Shown in pieces: positions 46,619 through 56,757 of a stretch of DNA of 64,000 nucleotides. Below the pieces are notes generated by a model that saw only the letters and a list, made by a program, of their open reading frames with translations, searched no databases and was not told the DNA's origin. A program made the translations under genes and the position numbers. The stretch lies in assembly GCA_965207895.1 (NCBI GenBank), contig CBDBNN010000003.1, positions 451,755 through 515,754 of the forward strand, written 5' to 3'. Each line of letters opens with the position of its first letter. The first letter of the stretch is position 1. This stretch comes from Dehalococcoidia bacterium. Its GTDB lineage: Bacteria > Chloroflexota > Dehalococcoidia > UBA6926.

Positions 46619-49102
46619 ATGACACTCCGCTTACTGATCAAATGGTCCCTGCGTGACCTGCGGTCGCGCTGGATTCAGGTGCTCACCATCGCCCTGGTTA
46701 TCGGTCTGGGCATTGGCAGCTTCGCCTCGTTCAACAGCATGACGGCGTGGCGTTTGGCTTCAAATGACGCCAGCTTTGAGGCCACCCGCATGTACGACCT
46801 GCGTGTTGGCCTCAGTGACAACAGCTTTGTTCCTACCGGACAACTGACTGAGGCAATCGAGTCCATCCCCTCCGCGCAGAGCATCGAGGGCATCGAAGAG
46901 CGGCTTTCGATTCCTACTCAACTCAAGCTCAATTACGAGGTGGAGGACGAGGAAACGGGCGAGACCCGGACTGAAACACTGCTTGTGCCCGGGCTGCTGG
47001 TTGGCATGGACTTTGCAGACCCCGAAGGTATTTCCGTCAACCGCGTTCATCTGACCGAAGGACGTGAACTTGGCCCCTCTGACGCCGGCCAATTCAACGT
47101 TTTGTTTGAGCACAAATTTGCGCTCGCATACAGCCTGCCGCCCGAGGGAGAGGCTCTTCTGGCAGGAGGGCGAACGGTCCGCTATGTCGGCCACGTTCTT
47201 GCGCCGGAGCATTTCCTGGTGCTCACGGAAACCGGCGCCTTCTTTGCCCATGCCAGTTATGCCGTCGTCTTCGCCTCACTGGAAACCGTGCAGACTGTCG
47301 CTGAACGTCCTGGCCTTGTGCATGAGGCGATTATTCGCATCAACGATGACGCATCGAGGGAGGCAATCATCGGGGAGCTGGAAAGCGCCTTGCGTACCGC
47401 GCTCCCGCAGGTTGGGTTTGAAGTGACGCAGGACATTGATCATCCCTCATATCGTTCCATCACGGAGGATGTTGAGGGCGACCAACAGACAACGAACATC
47501 ATCGCATTTGCCCTCTTCATCGGCGCAGTCTTTGCTGCGTTCAACCTCACGTCCCGGATGGTGGAGACGCAGCGACGGGAGATCGGCGTGGCGATGGCGC
47601 TTGGCGTCACACCGAAACAGATCGCTCTCCGTCCGCTCATCGCGGGCGCGCAGATAGCCGTTACGGGTGTCGTCTTCGGCTTGATTGTCGGATGGCTGTT
47701 GGCACAAGCCCTGAAGAGTGTGCTAAATGAGTTTGTTCCGCTGCCCATCTGGGTTTCGCCGTTCCAGTACGGGATATTCGGAACCGTTACGGTCGTCGGA
47801 CTGCTTGTCATGTTCATCGCTATCGGCTATCCGGTCTGGCGCGCCGTCAGGGTCAATCCGATTGACGCCATCAAAACTGGACACCTGGCCGCGCGGGGCG
47901 GCGGGCTCGCGCCGCTGCTTACCCGGCTGCCAATTCCGGGCGCGACCTTTGCTCAACTGCCGTTCCGCAACGTTGCGCGAGCGCCGCGCCGTGTTTTCCT
48001 CACCGTCATGGGCATCGCTGCGGCCGTCGCCGTCACCGTCGTTCTTGTTGGGATACTCGACTCCTACCTGGAGACTCTTCGGCAGGGCCGTGACGAGGTG
48101 CTGAGCACGGCTCCGGAACGCCTGGAAATCGATCTTGCTCTGCCGGTACCGGTCAATTCGTCCATCGTCGAAAATGTCCGTGACGCCGAAACGATCACCG
48201 CAATTGAACCGGGGCTGCGCACGTTCGCGTCACTCTCAGTGCCGGAGGGCGACGTGGAAATCGACGGTCTTCTCAGGTTCATGGACTTTGACAGCGATAT
48301 CTGGACTCCGACGTCCATTGAAGGTTCACTGGATACCGATAGACGAGGCGTTGTTATCGCTCGAAAGGCAGCTGCCGACCTGGGTGTTGATGTTGGAGAC
48401 TCCATCGTTCTTACGCATCCCGTGCGAGAAGGACTGACATCATTCTCGCTGCAGGACACCATTCTGCCTGTACTCGCTATCCATCCGCACTACATCCGCA
48501 ACTCTGCGTATATGGACAACCGCCATCTGGATCTGCTGAATATCCCCACAATGACCAATCGCATCACTGCGGTGGCGAAACCGGGAGCGGCGGTTGTGGA
48601 CATCAAGGAAGAGCTGTTCCCGATAAGCGGAGTGGTGTCCGTTGCGACGGTCGCCGAAGAGGCCAACCTTACCGAGGAGTTGCTCAATCAGTTCATCAGC
48701 GTGATGCGGCTGATGCAGTTGATTCCGTTGCTGCTGGCAATCTTGATTGCCTACAACACCGCGAACATTGCCATGGATGAGCGCCGCCGTGAGCATGCGA
48801 CGATGGCCGCGTTTGGCGTTCCTTATAGGACCGTGCTTCGCATGGCCGTCGTGGAGAGCGCGATTCTGGGCGCGCTGGCCACTATTGTCGGGGCGATGCT
48901 CGGCTTTGGGCTGATGCTCTACATCACGGAAGTGCTGCTGCCGCGAACGACGCCTGATCTGGGTCTGGTCATCACATTCTCCGTGACATCCGTGTTGACG
49001 GTCGTCATCCTGGGCGTGGTAGCCGTGGGCCTGGCCCCGCTCCTGACGACGCGCCGCCTCCGCCGCGCGGACATCCCCTCCACGCTGCGGGTGATGGAGT
49101 AG
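46619..49102 (+). CDS. ABC transporter permease with two FtsX-like domains
   Basis: Two blocks of four TM helices separated by large extracytoplasmic domains. Start moved to ATG MTLRLLIKW, after the ATPase stop. Confidence 0.85.
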   Translation: MTLRLLIKWSLRDLRSRWIQVLTIALVIGLGIGSFASFNSMTAWRLASNDASFEATRMYDLRVGLSDNSFVPTGQLTEAIESIPSAQSIEGIEERLSIPTQLKLNYEVEDEETGETRTETLLVPGLLVGMDFADPEGISVNRVHLTEGRELGPSDAGQFNVLFEHKFALAYSLPPEGEALLAGGRTVRYVGHVLAPEHFLVLTETGAFFAHASYAVVFASLETVQTVAERPGLVHEAIIRINDDASREAIIGELESALRTALPQVGFEVTQDIDHPSYRSITEDVEGDQQTTNIIAFALFIGAVFAAFNLTSRMVETQRREIGVAMALGVTPKQIALRPLIAGAQIAVTGVVFGLIVGWLLAQALKSVLNEFVPLPIWVSPFQYGIFGTVTVVGLLVMFIAIGYPVWRAVRVNPIDAIKTGHLAARGGGLAPLLTRLPIPGATFAQLPFRNVARAPRRVFLTVMGIAAAVAVTVVLVGILDSYLETLRQGRDEVLSTAPERLEIDLALPVPVNSSIVENVRDAETITAIEPGLRTFASLSVPEGDVEIDGLLRFMDFDSDIWTPTSIEGSLDTDRRGVVIARKAAADLGVDVGDSIVLTHPVREGLTSFSLQDTILPVLAIHPHYIRNSAYMDNRHLDLLNIPTMTNRITAVAKPGAAVVDIKEELFPISGVVSVATVAEEANLTEELLNQFISVMRLMQLIPLLLAILIAYNTANIAMDERRREHATMAAFGVPYRTVLRMAVVESAILGALATIVGAMLGFGLMLYITEVLLPRTTPDLGLVITFSVTSVLTVVILGVVAVGLAPLLTTRRLRRADIPSTLRVME

Positions 49103-49123
49103 TTAGTAGCGCGGCTAGATGGA

Positions 49124-49375
49124 CTACCTTCCAAATAGCACCTGAATAAGCTCGTCCTTCGTAACCTCAAGATAATTGGCAACATCCCGCAAAATGCTAT
49201 CCAGAGTACCCACCGGCAGTGGGTCGTTCTTGGGCACTGTTACATGGTGAGGAGCACCCATCTCATCACTTACGAGCCGCATATGACTTCCCCGTTGACG
49301 CCGAGAGTTGTAACCATAGTGTCTACGCAACAGCGCGGCCAACTCTTGCCCCGAGAGATCGCGGGGTGCCCTCAC
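49124..49375 (-). CDS. hicA: HicA-family toxin (YcfA-like mRNA interferase)
   Basis: RQRGSHMRL ... HHVTVPKNDPLPVGTLDSILRD fits the HicA GSH motif. 4-nt overlap with the upstream HicB gene. Confidence 0.65.
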   Translation of the reverse strand: MRAPRDLSGQELAALLRRHYGYNSRRQRGSHMRLVSDEMGAPHHVTVPKNDPLPVGTLDSILRDVANYLEVTKDELIQVLFGR

Positions 49376-49599
49376 ACTGCAATAACTTCCTTGTCAGTGA
49401 CGCGCTCGATAGAGATTGTCTCCGGCGCTTCTCCGTCCTCGAAGTGGCATAATACGGCGTCACGGATCATGAATTTGATCCCATTCCAGTCGTCCGCGAA
49501 TGTGAAAATGCTGTAACCAAGGGCCTGCGCCTCGAAGCCACCCTCCGGTGATTCCCGTACAAGAAACGTGATTTCCTTAGGTGCTATGTCCATGGCCAC
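49372..49599 (-). CDS. hicB: HicB-family antitoxin
   Basis: Small acidic protein (ESPEGGFEAQALGYSIFTFADDWNGIKFMIRDA) of the HicB/UPF0150 type. Confidence 0.65.
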   Translation of the reverse strand: MAMDIAPKEITFLVRESPEGGFEAQALGYSIFTFADDWNGIKFMIRDAVLCHFEDGEAPETISIERVTDKEVIAV

Positions 49600-49638
49600 T
49601 GCCTCCCTTGCCCAACAGTATAGTCAGGCGTGGACAGC

Positions 49639-51882
49639 CTACCCACCGTTGCGCTTCTCCTGGAGGGCCGCGTAGACTTTCTCAGCTGTGATTGGCAGCG
49701 ACGTGATTCGTACGCCCACGGCGTCCTCAATGGCGTTTGCAATGGCGGGCGCGGTCATGATGTTCGTGTGCTCGCCGATGCCGCGGACTGCGTATGGTCC
49801 GTCGCCCACATCCGACTCCAACACAATCTCGTTCAGCTCCGGCAGATCACGAATGGTCGGGAGTTTCATGTCCGCGAATGACGGGTTTGTGACGCGGCCC
49901 GATTCGTCGTAGACCGTCTCCGTCATCACCGTCTCGCCGAAGCCGTATACGACGCCGCCCTCAAGCTGGCCGTAGAAAGCGACAGGGTTCAGCACGCGGC
50001 CCGTCTCATGGACGGCGGTGATCTTGACCACGCGGACCTCGCCCGTCTCAGGGTCGACCTCAACCTCGGCGATCTGCGTGCCGAATGCGGTGTAGGGGCT
50101 TGTCCCCTCCTGGATATCCACGCGAGTCACCATAGGCTCGCCGGTCCGCGCCACAAGCTGACCGAAAGAGATGCTCTCGCCGCTCTCATTGGTCACGTTG
50201 CCGCCCGTGAGCGTCAGACGCTCCTCATCCCAGCCCTGGAACTCTGCCGCAAGACGCCGCAGCTTGTCCGCCGTGTCCGATGCAGCCATGTGGCCGACAG
50301 TGCTCGTCACACGCGCGCCGCGGCTGCCGCCGATGCCCTGCAATGGTCCAAGCTGGCTGCTAGGGAAGGACAGCGCCTCCACATCCTGCGGCGAAACACC
50401 AAGCTGCTCCGCGACAACCTGGGCGATGATCGTGAACGTCCCCCCGCCGGTATCAAATGTGGAGAAGTGGGCGGTGATTGAGCCGTCTGCCGCAATCGTC
50501 ACCTGGCAGGCCGCCGCGCCGCCTCCCTGCGAGTGGTGGCCGGTGCCAATGCCGCGCCCGACATTCGTCGTCTTGGCTGCAGAATAGTCCGCCGCCTGAA
50601 GCGCCTCCTCCAGTGTGGTGTCTGCCCGAAGCGCCTGATATTCATCACCGTTCATCAGTGGCTCGCCTTCGTGGACGATATTCCGGGTGCGGAACTCCGC
50701 CGGCTCCATGCCGATGGCCCGCGCGCAAAGGTCGATGTGTGACTCTCCGGCCCACAACCCCTGCGGCATCCCCGGCGCCCGCGCGAAACCGCACGGTACA
50801 AGGTTGGCGTATGTGTGCGTGATGGACATGGCAACGTTTTCGCAGCGGTATGCCCCGCCCATTTCGAATACGCCCCGCAGGCCGTTCGGGACAGGCGCGT
50901 AGGACACGTAGCCCCCGATGGCCAGATATGCGTCCGCCTGCCACGCCGTGATCGTCCCATCGTGCTTGACCCCCGCCTTGATGCGAATCTCAGACGGATG
51001 CCTCGGGTTGGACGCCATCAACTCTTCGGAATAATCAAAGAGTAGCTTGATGGGGCGACCCGTCCTCTTGGCGAACTCATACATGATGTACACGCCCACC
51101 GCGTCCGTCTTGCCGCCAAAAGACCCGCCGATGTACGAGGTGTTGATGACTACCTTTTCCTGGGGCAGTTCAAGAACCCGCGTCAGTTCCCCAATGTTCA
51201 TGGCTGGCAACTGGCACGACATCCAGATCTGCGCCGTGCCATCCGCCTCAACGTCAATGAGAACGGCGTGCGGCTCCAAATATGCCTGATGCTGGTGCGG
51301 TGTCGAGTAAGACTCCTCGACAATCACGTCCGCCTCTGCGAATCCTGCCTCAATGTCGCCACGGCCACGATCCAGCGCGACAACAATGTTTGTCGGCGTC
51401 TCCGGCGCGTCCTTGACGCCGATGTAGTTCGCAAAATCCGGATGCAGAATTGGCGCGTCCGGCTGTGCAGCCTCCCGAGCAGAAAGCACGGCTGGCAACT
51501 CTTCATATTCCACCTGGATCAGCTCAAGTGCGCGCTCGGCGATGTCCTCGTCCTCCGCAACGACTGCCGCCACCTTGTCGCCTACGTACATCACTTTGTC
51601 CCAGCACAGCGCGGGCTCATCCTTGATTGGCGCTCGACTCGTTCGCACACCCTCCAGGTCTTTGCCCGTCAGCACCAGATGGACGCCGGGCAAAGCCGAC
51701 GCCTCGGTCGTATCGATATTCACGATGCGCGCATGGGCGAACGGGCTGCGCAGGATCTTGCACCACAGCATCCCCGGCAGCGCGCGATCCATCCCATAGA
51801 TACCGCTGCCAGTCACCTTGTCAGGGCCCTCCGCCCGCGGTGTCGCCCGACCGACGATGTTGTAGGACGCAAGTTGTGTCAC
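49639..51882 (-). CDS. xanthine dehydrogenase/aldehyde oxidase family molybdopterin-binding subunit
   Basis: Ald_Xan_dh_C and molybdopterin-binding domain pattern. About 747 aa. Confidence 0.9.
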   Translation of the reverse strand: MTQLASYNIVGRATPRAEGPDKVTGSGIYGMDRALPGMLWCKILRSPFAHARIVNIDTTEASALPGVHLVLTGKDLEGVRTSRAPIKDEPALCWDKVMYVGDKVAAVVAEDEDIAERALELIQVEYEELPAVLSAREAAQPDAPILHPDFANYIGVKDAPETPTNIVVALDRGRGDIEAGFAEADVIVEESYSTPHQHQAYLEPHAVLIDVEADGTAQIWMSCQLPAMNIGELTRVLELPQEKVVINTSYIGGSFGGKTDAVGVYIMYEFAKRTGRPIKLLFDYSEELMASNPRHPSEIRIKAGVKHDGTITAWQADAYLAIGGYVSYAPVPNGLRGVFEMGGAYRCENVAMSITHTYANLVPCGFARAPGMPQGLWAGESHIDLCARAIGMEPAEFRTRNIVHEGEPLMNGDEYQALRADTTLEEALQAADYSAAKTTNVGRGIGTGHHSQGGGAAACQVTIAADGSITAHFSTFDTGGGTFTIIAQVVAEQLGVSPQDVEALSFPSSQLGPLQGIGGSRGARVTSTVGHMAASDTADKLRRLAAEFQGWDEERLTLTGGNVTNESGESISFGQLVARTGEPMVTRVDIQEGTSPYTAFGTQIAEVEVDPETGEVRVVKITAVHETGRVLNPVAFYGQLEGGVVYGFGETVMTETVYDESGRVTNPSFADMKLPTIRDLPELNEIVLESDVGDGPYAVRGIGEHTNIMTAPAIANAIEDAVGVRITSLPITAEKVYAALQEKRNGG

Positions 51883-51995
51883 GCTGTTACCCCCATTGGA
51901 CTGCCTCGAGCCGGAACGCGGCGGCCAAACGACTTGTATATTCGGCGCCTGAGCGCGAACTTCAAAAAACGCCGCACCTGAATCATACCGCGAAA

Positions 51996-53114
51996 CTAGA
52001 ATCGCATCCGTATCTGGCCGCCCGCCGCCGGCCCGGTCTCAACATGCTGCGGCTGATCAAGCGCAGGCTCCAAAGACGCCACCGCAACGCCAATCAGGCG
52101 GAACTCCCGCCCCGGCTCGAGTTCGCGACGCAAGAGCTCATCCGCCAGGCCAAGCACTGCGGCCTCATCATCGGTGGGGCGTGGCAACGATTGTTGCCGC
52201 GTGAACGTTGTGAAATCCGAGAGACGCAACTTGAGGCGGACAGTCCGCGCCCGCAGGCCCTTGGTCCGCATCTGACGAACCACGTCTGCTCCTTGCTCAC
52301 GAACCAAATTGAGCAAGACTTCCCCGTCAGCAGTGTCCGTGCGCATCGTCGTCTCGCTACTGATGGACTTGACTTGGCGCTCGTCCTCGAACTCCAACTC
52401 AGATGAGCCGCCGCCGAGTGCTCGCTCCTTCAGCCATGCCCCCCGCGCCCCGAACTCCCTGGTGAGCCAGTCACTGTCTGCTGTGGCAAGGTCTCCCATG
52501 GTGCGAATGCCGCGGGCGTTGAGCGCACGGAGCGCCACCGGCCCGACACCGCTCAGCAGGGAAACGTCCAGTGGCGCAAGGAATTCGTCTTCGGTTGCGG
52601 GGGGCACAAGCAGCAGCCCGTCAGGCTTACCGACCTGTGACGCTACTTTTGCCACGGTCCGGTTGACGCCACCGCCGATTGTCACGGCGAGACCCGTGGC
52701 GCGCCGTACACGCCTCTTGATCTCCATGCCCAGGGGCTCCAGCATCTCCGGCCCGGCTACGTCTGTGACATCCACGTATGCCTCATCCACGGAGATCTGC
52801 TGCACCATTGGGGTTACACGACGCAGTATGGTCATAACTTGCCGCGAGATGTTGCCGTATCCTCCGGGACGATGTCCGACGCGAATGATGTCAGGGCTGA
52901 GACGCAGCGCGGTCGCCATGGGCATCGCAGAGCGGGCTCCCAGCTTGCGCGCTTCATACGACGCGGCGGCAACTACTCCGCGCGATTCCGGCGGCCCGCC
53001 CACAACGATGGGTTTGCCGCGCAGGCTGGGATCATCACGCTGCGCGACAGCCGCGAAAAACGCGTCCATATCCGCGTGAAAGATGTATCTCCACGGCCGC
53101 GGCCACTCACTCAT
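51996..53114 (-). CDS. dinB: DNA polymerase IV
   Basis: Y-family N-terminus YIFHADMDAFFAAV and a little-finger region. Confidence 0.9.
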   Translation of the reverse strand: MSEWPRPWRYIFHADMDAFFAAVAQRDDPSLRGKPIVVGGPPESRGVVAAASYEARKLGARSAMPMATALRLSPDIIRVGHRPGGYGNISRQVMTILRRVTPMVQQISVDEAYVDVTDVAGPEMLEPLGMEIKRRVRRATGLAVTIGGGVNRTVAKVASQVGKPDGLLLVPPATEDEFLAPLDVSLLSGVGPVALRALNARGIRTMGDLATADSDWLTREFGARGAWLKERALGGGSSELEFEDERQVKSISSETTMRTDTADGEVLLNLVREQGADVVRQMRTKGLRARTVRLKLRLSDFTTFTRQQSLPRPTDDEAAVLGLADELLRRELEPGREFRLIGVAVASLEPALDQPQHVETGPAAGGQIRMRF

Positions 53115-53194
53115 GCCAGCATTCTACCCAGCTGTTGTCATTCTGAGCGCAGCGAAGAATCTAGAGACTCAATCTGCAAGCAACGCCGGAACGC

Positions 53195-53330
53195 GGCAGA
53201 CCTACGTATGTGGCCGTCCAATCTGGTTTGCGAACCGGGGAAAAAGCCGCCGACGCCGGAACGCGGCGGACTAACGAAAAGGACTGTCCAATCCGGATCG
53301 CGAACCGAGAAAACAATTAGCTGAAATTAG
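53195..53330. repeat. two imperfect tandem ~60-bp repeats in the dinB-MFS intergenic region
   Basis: gccggaacgcggcagacctacgtatgtggccgtccaatctggtttgcgaaccgggg and gccggaacgcggcggactaacgaaaaggactgtccaatccggatcgcgaaccgag. Confidence 0.5.
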
Positions 53331-54603
53331 GGCGCCGAAGCGTGAGAATAAGCACGATGCACAGGAGCAGAGGCATGAATAGCAACAGGATCGGTGTCTT
53401 GTATTCGTCGTGTGTGTCGAACCACCAGCCGACGAATATCGGGGAGAGGATGGACCCGATGGCAGATGTCCCTGTCTGTATTCCCATCAACCGACCAAAG
53501 ATGGCCCGACCCCAGAGCTCGCCCTGCAGCGCCAGCCGGGACGGCGTTGTCATTCCCCAGCCGATTCCGTGGGTGACGCCGTACAAGATTGCGCCATTCA
53601 GATTTGTTGTCGTCAAGAAGAAGTACAAGCCGATGAGCTGCATGATGAATGCCGCCGCCAGCACATATCGCTTGTCAAACTTGTCGGCCAGGAAGCCCGA
53701 GCCAAGGCGGCCCGGCAGCCCGCCGATTGTCCAAATCAACACGGCCAGCCCGGCCTCGGTTGCCGAAAGTCCAAAGGTCTGCAGCGCGGGAATCTGGAAG
53801 ATGACCAGCGCCGAGAAGCCCATCTGCTGCATGCCGCTTGCAAGGACATACTGGTAATATCCAGGGCTTCGCAGCACATTGCCGATACCAATCAGCGAAG
53901 CCTCTCCGACCGGTACCCCTCCCCCTGTCAATGTGACCGGCGCGCCCGATGAGTCTTCAGTCGGCGGGTCCCCGTCCGGACGTTGGCCATACGCCTCCGG
54001 CGCGCGCCGCGTGATCAGCGCCAATGGGATGCAGATCACCCACATGGCAACCCCGATGCCGGCTAGTGTGGGTCGCCAGCCGAACATCTCGACCAACGCG
54101 ACAATTCCGAAAACAAGGAAACCGGCAAAGCCCGGCCCGAGGAGCATGAATCCGAGCGCGCGGCCACGCATGCGGTTGAACCAATTCGTGACTGCTGTGC
54201 TGATGATCAGGAATGACCCTGCGCCGAGCCCCAGGGCCAACAACATATACGCCGCATAAAATTGCACGACGTTCTGAGTGAGCGACACCAGGATGAAGCC
54301 TATTCCGCCGATGATAAAGCCAAAAATGAGGATGATTCTCGGGCCTACCCGATCGACGAGAAATCCCATGATCGGCCCCAGGACTCCCGATTCGGCACGT
54401 TGAATTGCTACTGCTCCCGAGACGACAGTTCGACTACCTCCTGCCACAGAGTCCGCAATAGGATTCACGAAGGCAGAGAAGCCGTAGAAACCGACGCCAG
54501 TGGAAAAGAGCATCAACAGGAAGCCGGACAGAACGATCCACCACCCGTAGAACACGCGACGGGGATTCAATATCCCGAGTGACGACCGCGGCTGAACCGT
54601 CAT
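53317..54603 (-). CDS. MFS transporter
   Basis: Twelve predicted TM helices and an MFS loop motif (GFLVDRVGPR). Confidence 0.85.
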   Translation of the reverse strand: MTVQPRSSLGILNPRRVFYGWWIVLSGFLLMLFSTGVGFYGFSAFVNPIADSVAGGSRTVVSGAVAIQRAESGVLGPIMGFLVDRVGPRIILIFGFIIGGIGFILVSLTQNVVQFYAAYMLLALGLGAGSFLIISTAVTNWFNRMRGRALGFMLLGPGFAGFLVFGIVALVEMFGWRPTLAGIGVAMWVICIPLALITRRAPEAYGQRPDGDPPTEDSSGAPVTLTGGGVPVGEASLIGIGNVLRSPGYYQYVLASGMQQMGFSALVIFQIPALQTFGLSATEAGLAVLIWTIGGLPGRLGSGFLADKFDKRYVLAAAFIMQLIGLYFFLTTTNLNGAILYGVTHGIGWGMTTPSRLALQGELWGRAIFGRLMGIQTGTSAIGSILSPIFVGWWFDTHDEYKTPILLLFMPLLLCIVLILTLRRPNFS

Positions 54604-54709
54604 TTATCGTCCACTAGTCCGTGGGCGCCACCAAAGAAGTGTCACGCGCCCGCCACTTATACTGGCGTGAGCGTGAGCGCAACGCTAACCCCTGTCAAGC
54701 CGCGCGCGG

Positions 54710-56335
54710 CTATTCGACAGAGATAAGGTAGGGATACAGCGGTTGGCCGCCGTTCTGGATTTCCACCTCGACATCATCCGGGCAGACGGCGCTTATGGCC
54801 TCGGCGGCGGATTCAGCCTGCTCTTCTGTGATTCCTGCGCCGTAGTACAGCGTGACGATCATTTCGCCCTCGGGTGCGATGCGCTCAACAAGTGACTGTG
54901 CCACTGCCTCCGGAGTTTCACCGGACACAACCAAGTCACCTTCAAGCAGGCCGATTGGCTGCTCCGCCGCGTACGTCACGTCGCCGGCCTGGCCGCTGCG
55001 GACGGCAAATGTCACCTCCGCCCATCGGAGTTCATCAACCGCGCCCTGCATGCCGTCAACGTTGTCCTGGACAGTGTCGGTCGCTGAGTAGGTCAACAGA
55101 GCCGCGATGCCCTGCTGCACGGACTCTGTCGGTAGCACGGTGACAGTCTTGGTGTGGATGAGGTCGCGCGAGACCTCTGCCGTTGCGGAGATGTTCTTGT
55201 TGTTGGGCAGGATGATGATGTCCGGGGCGGGTATTGACTCCACCGCCTCCGCGATCTCCTCTGCGGACGGGTTCATGGATTGTCCGCCCCAGATAATCGA
55301 GCCCGCGCCAAGCCCTCGCATGATGCGCACAAATCCGGGGCCGGACGCTACCGATACGACGCCGCAGACCACGTCTTCGATGTCCTCGCCGTGTCCCGCG
55401 AGAAACTGCTGGTGTTGTTGATCCATGTCCCGGATGGAGACCTGCTCCAGCCGTCCCATCCCTTCGGCCTCGGTCAGCACGATCTCCGGTTCTGAGGTGT
55501 GCAGGTGGACGCGAATCAACCCATCTCCCTCAACGATGGACTCGGACTCGCCGAACAGCGCCATCGTTGCGCGAACAGTGTCCATGTTGGACGTGGGCTC
55601 CATCAGCACGAACTCCGTGCAATAGCCCCATGCCTCCCCTTCGCCGCCTGCGTACAGGCTTGGGTCGATGGCGGATATTGTGGGGGCTTCAAGGGCCGGG
55701 CCGGGGTCTTCTCCCGTCAGCCGGGAGAGCGCTCCACGCAGCAGCACCGCAATGCCCTGTCCGCCGGAATCAACGACGCCTGCGCTTGCGAGCACGGGCA
55801 ACAACTCCGGCGTCCGAGCGGTGGACGCGTCAGCCTCATCGGCAGCGGCACGTAGAGTGTCGATAACGTCCGCCGAGTCGCTCGCATTTGCCGCCTCGCC
55901 CGCCTCGCGCCCAACGGTCAGCATCGTGCCTTCGACGGGCTTGCTCATTGCTCCATAGGCGGCGTCAGACGCGGCCTGCAGCCCCTTCGCAAGCGCCGGC
56001 CCGTCCATGACGCCAACACCGTCCAGCCCTTGTGCGAGGCCCTTCAGATACTGCGAGAGGATGACGCCGCTGTTGCCGCGGGCCCCACGCAACGCCCCCT
56101 GCCCAATGGTGTGTGACATCGCGCCGACAGTGCCGTCGCCGGGGTTCTCCTGTGCGTCTCGGAGAGCCGTTTGGATCGTGAGCATCATGTTCGTGCCCGT
56201 GTCGCCGTCCGGCACTGGATACACATTGAGCGCGTTCACGGCGTCAACATTCGTTTGAAGCCACTCTGCGCCGCCCGTTAAGGCCTCAAGCAGCTCCTGT
56301 CCATTGAGAGTTCCGTCGCCGCCCGAAGTCGTCAT
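54710..56335 (-). CDS. DAK2-domain fusion protein (YloV/FakA-like fatty acid kinase subunit)
   Basis: N-terminal Dak2 domain (DGDTGTNM) plus a C-terminal DegV-interacting domain. Start moved to MTTSGGD with GGGGAGG RBS. Confidence 0.8.
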   Translation of the reverse strand: MTTSGGDGTLNGQELLEALTGGAEWLQTNVDAVNALNVYPVPDGDTGTNMMLTIQTALRDAQENPGDGTVGAMSHTIGQGALRGARGNSGVILSQYLKGLAQGLDGVGVMDGPALAKGLQAASDAAYGAMSKPVEGTMLTVGREAGEAANASDSADVIDTLRAAADEADASTARTPELLPVLASAGVVDSGGQGIAVLLRGALSRLTGEDPGPALEAPTISAIDPSLYAGGEGEAWGYCTEFVLMEPTSNMDTVRATMALFGESESIVEGDGLIRVHLHTSEPEIVLTEAEGMGRLEQVSIRDMDQQHQQFLAGHGEDIEDVVCGVVSVASGPGFVRIMRGLGAGSIIWGGQSMNPSAEEIAEAVESIPAPDIIILPNNKNISATAEVSRDLIHTKTVTVLPTESVQQGIAALLTYSATDTVQDNVDGMQGAVDELRWAEVTFAVRSGQAGDVTYAAEQPIGLLEGDLVVSGETPEAVAQSLVERIAPEGEMIVTLYYGAGITEEQAESAAEAISAVCPDDVEVEIQNGGQPLYPYLISVE

Positions 56336-56461
56336 CGATCCTCCCCGCCTTATTGCCTCACTCCCATCACTCTGGTAGCATACGTCCTCGTGCAGTAACG
56401 GTGCAGCCGCCCTTTTTGGGCGCGCGAGAATCAACCTAAAGACAACGATAGATTAGTAACC

Positions 56462-56659
56462 ATGGCAAAGTGTCAATTCTGCGACAAAGGTCCCCAATTC
56501 GGTAACCGCGTCAGCCACTCGAATCGCAAGACGCGTCGACGCTGGAACGTGAACATGCAGCGCGTCTCCCAGTACGACGAGAACGGTGTTCGCACGCAGG
56601 TGCGCATGTGTACCCGCTGCATCCGAACACTCGCCAAGACGGGGAAGTTGCCCACCTAG
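56462..56659 (+). CDS. rpmB: 50S ribosomal protein L28
   Basis: MAKCQFCDKGPQFGNRVSHSNRKTRRRWNVN is the canonical L28 N-terminus. Confidence 0.9.
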   Translation: MAKCQFCDKGPQFGNRVSHSNRKTRRRWNVNMQRVSQYDENGVRTQVRMCTRCIRTLAKTGKLPT

Positions 56660-56757
56660 GGCTTCCGTACGACTGCCCGCCATTCCACGCTAGAATGACT
56701 AGGCGCTTTGGCTAATGACGCCGAGGCGTCCCGATTCAGATACCAAGGTGGGGGTTC

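Noticed and set aside
42905-56335. DegV (42905-43822) and DAK2/FakA-like (54710-56335) as a linked novel system
   Set aside because: These are the known fatty-acid kinase components, here 11 kb apart and separated by unrelated genes. Not a new association.
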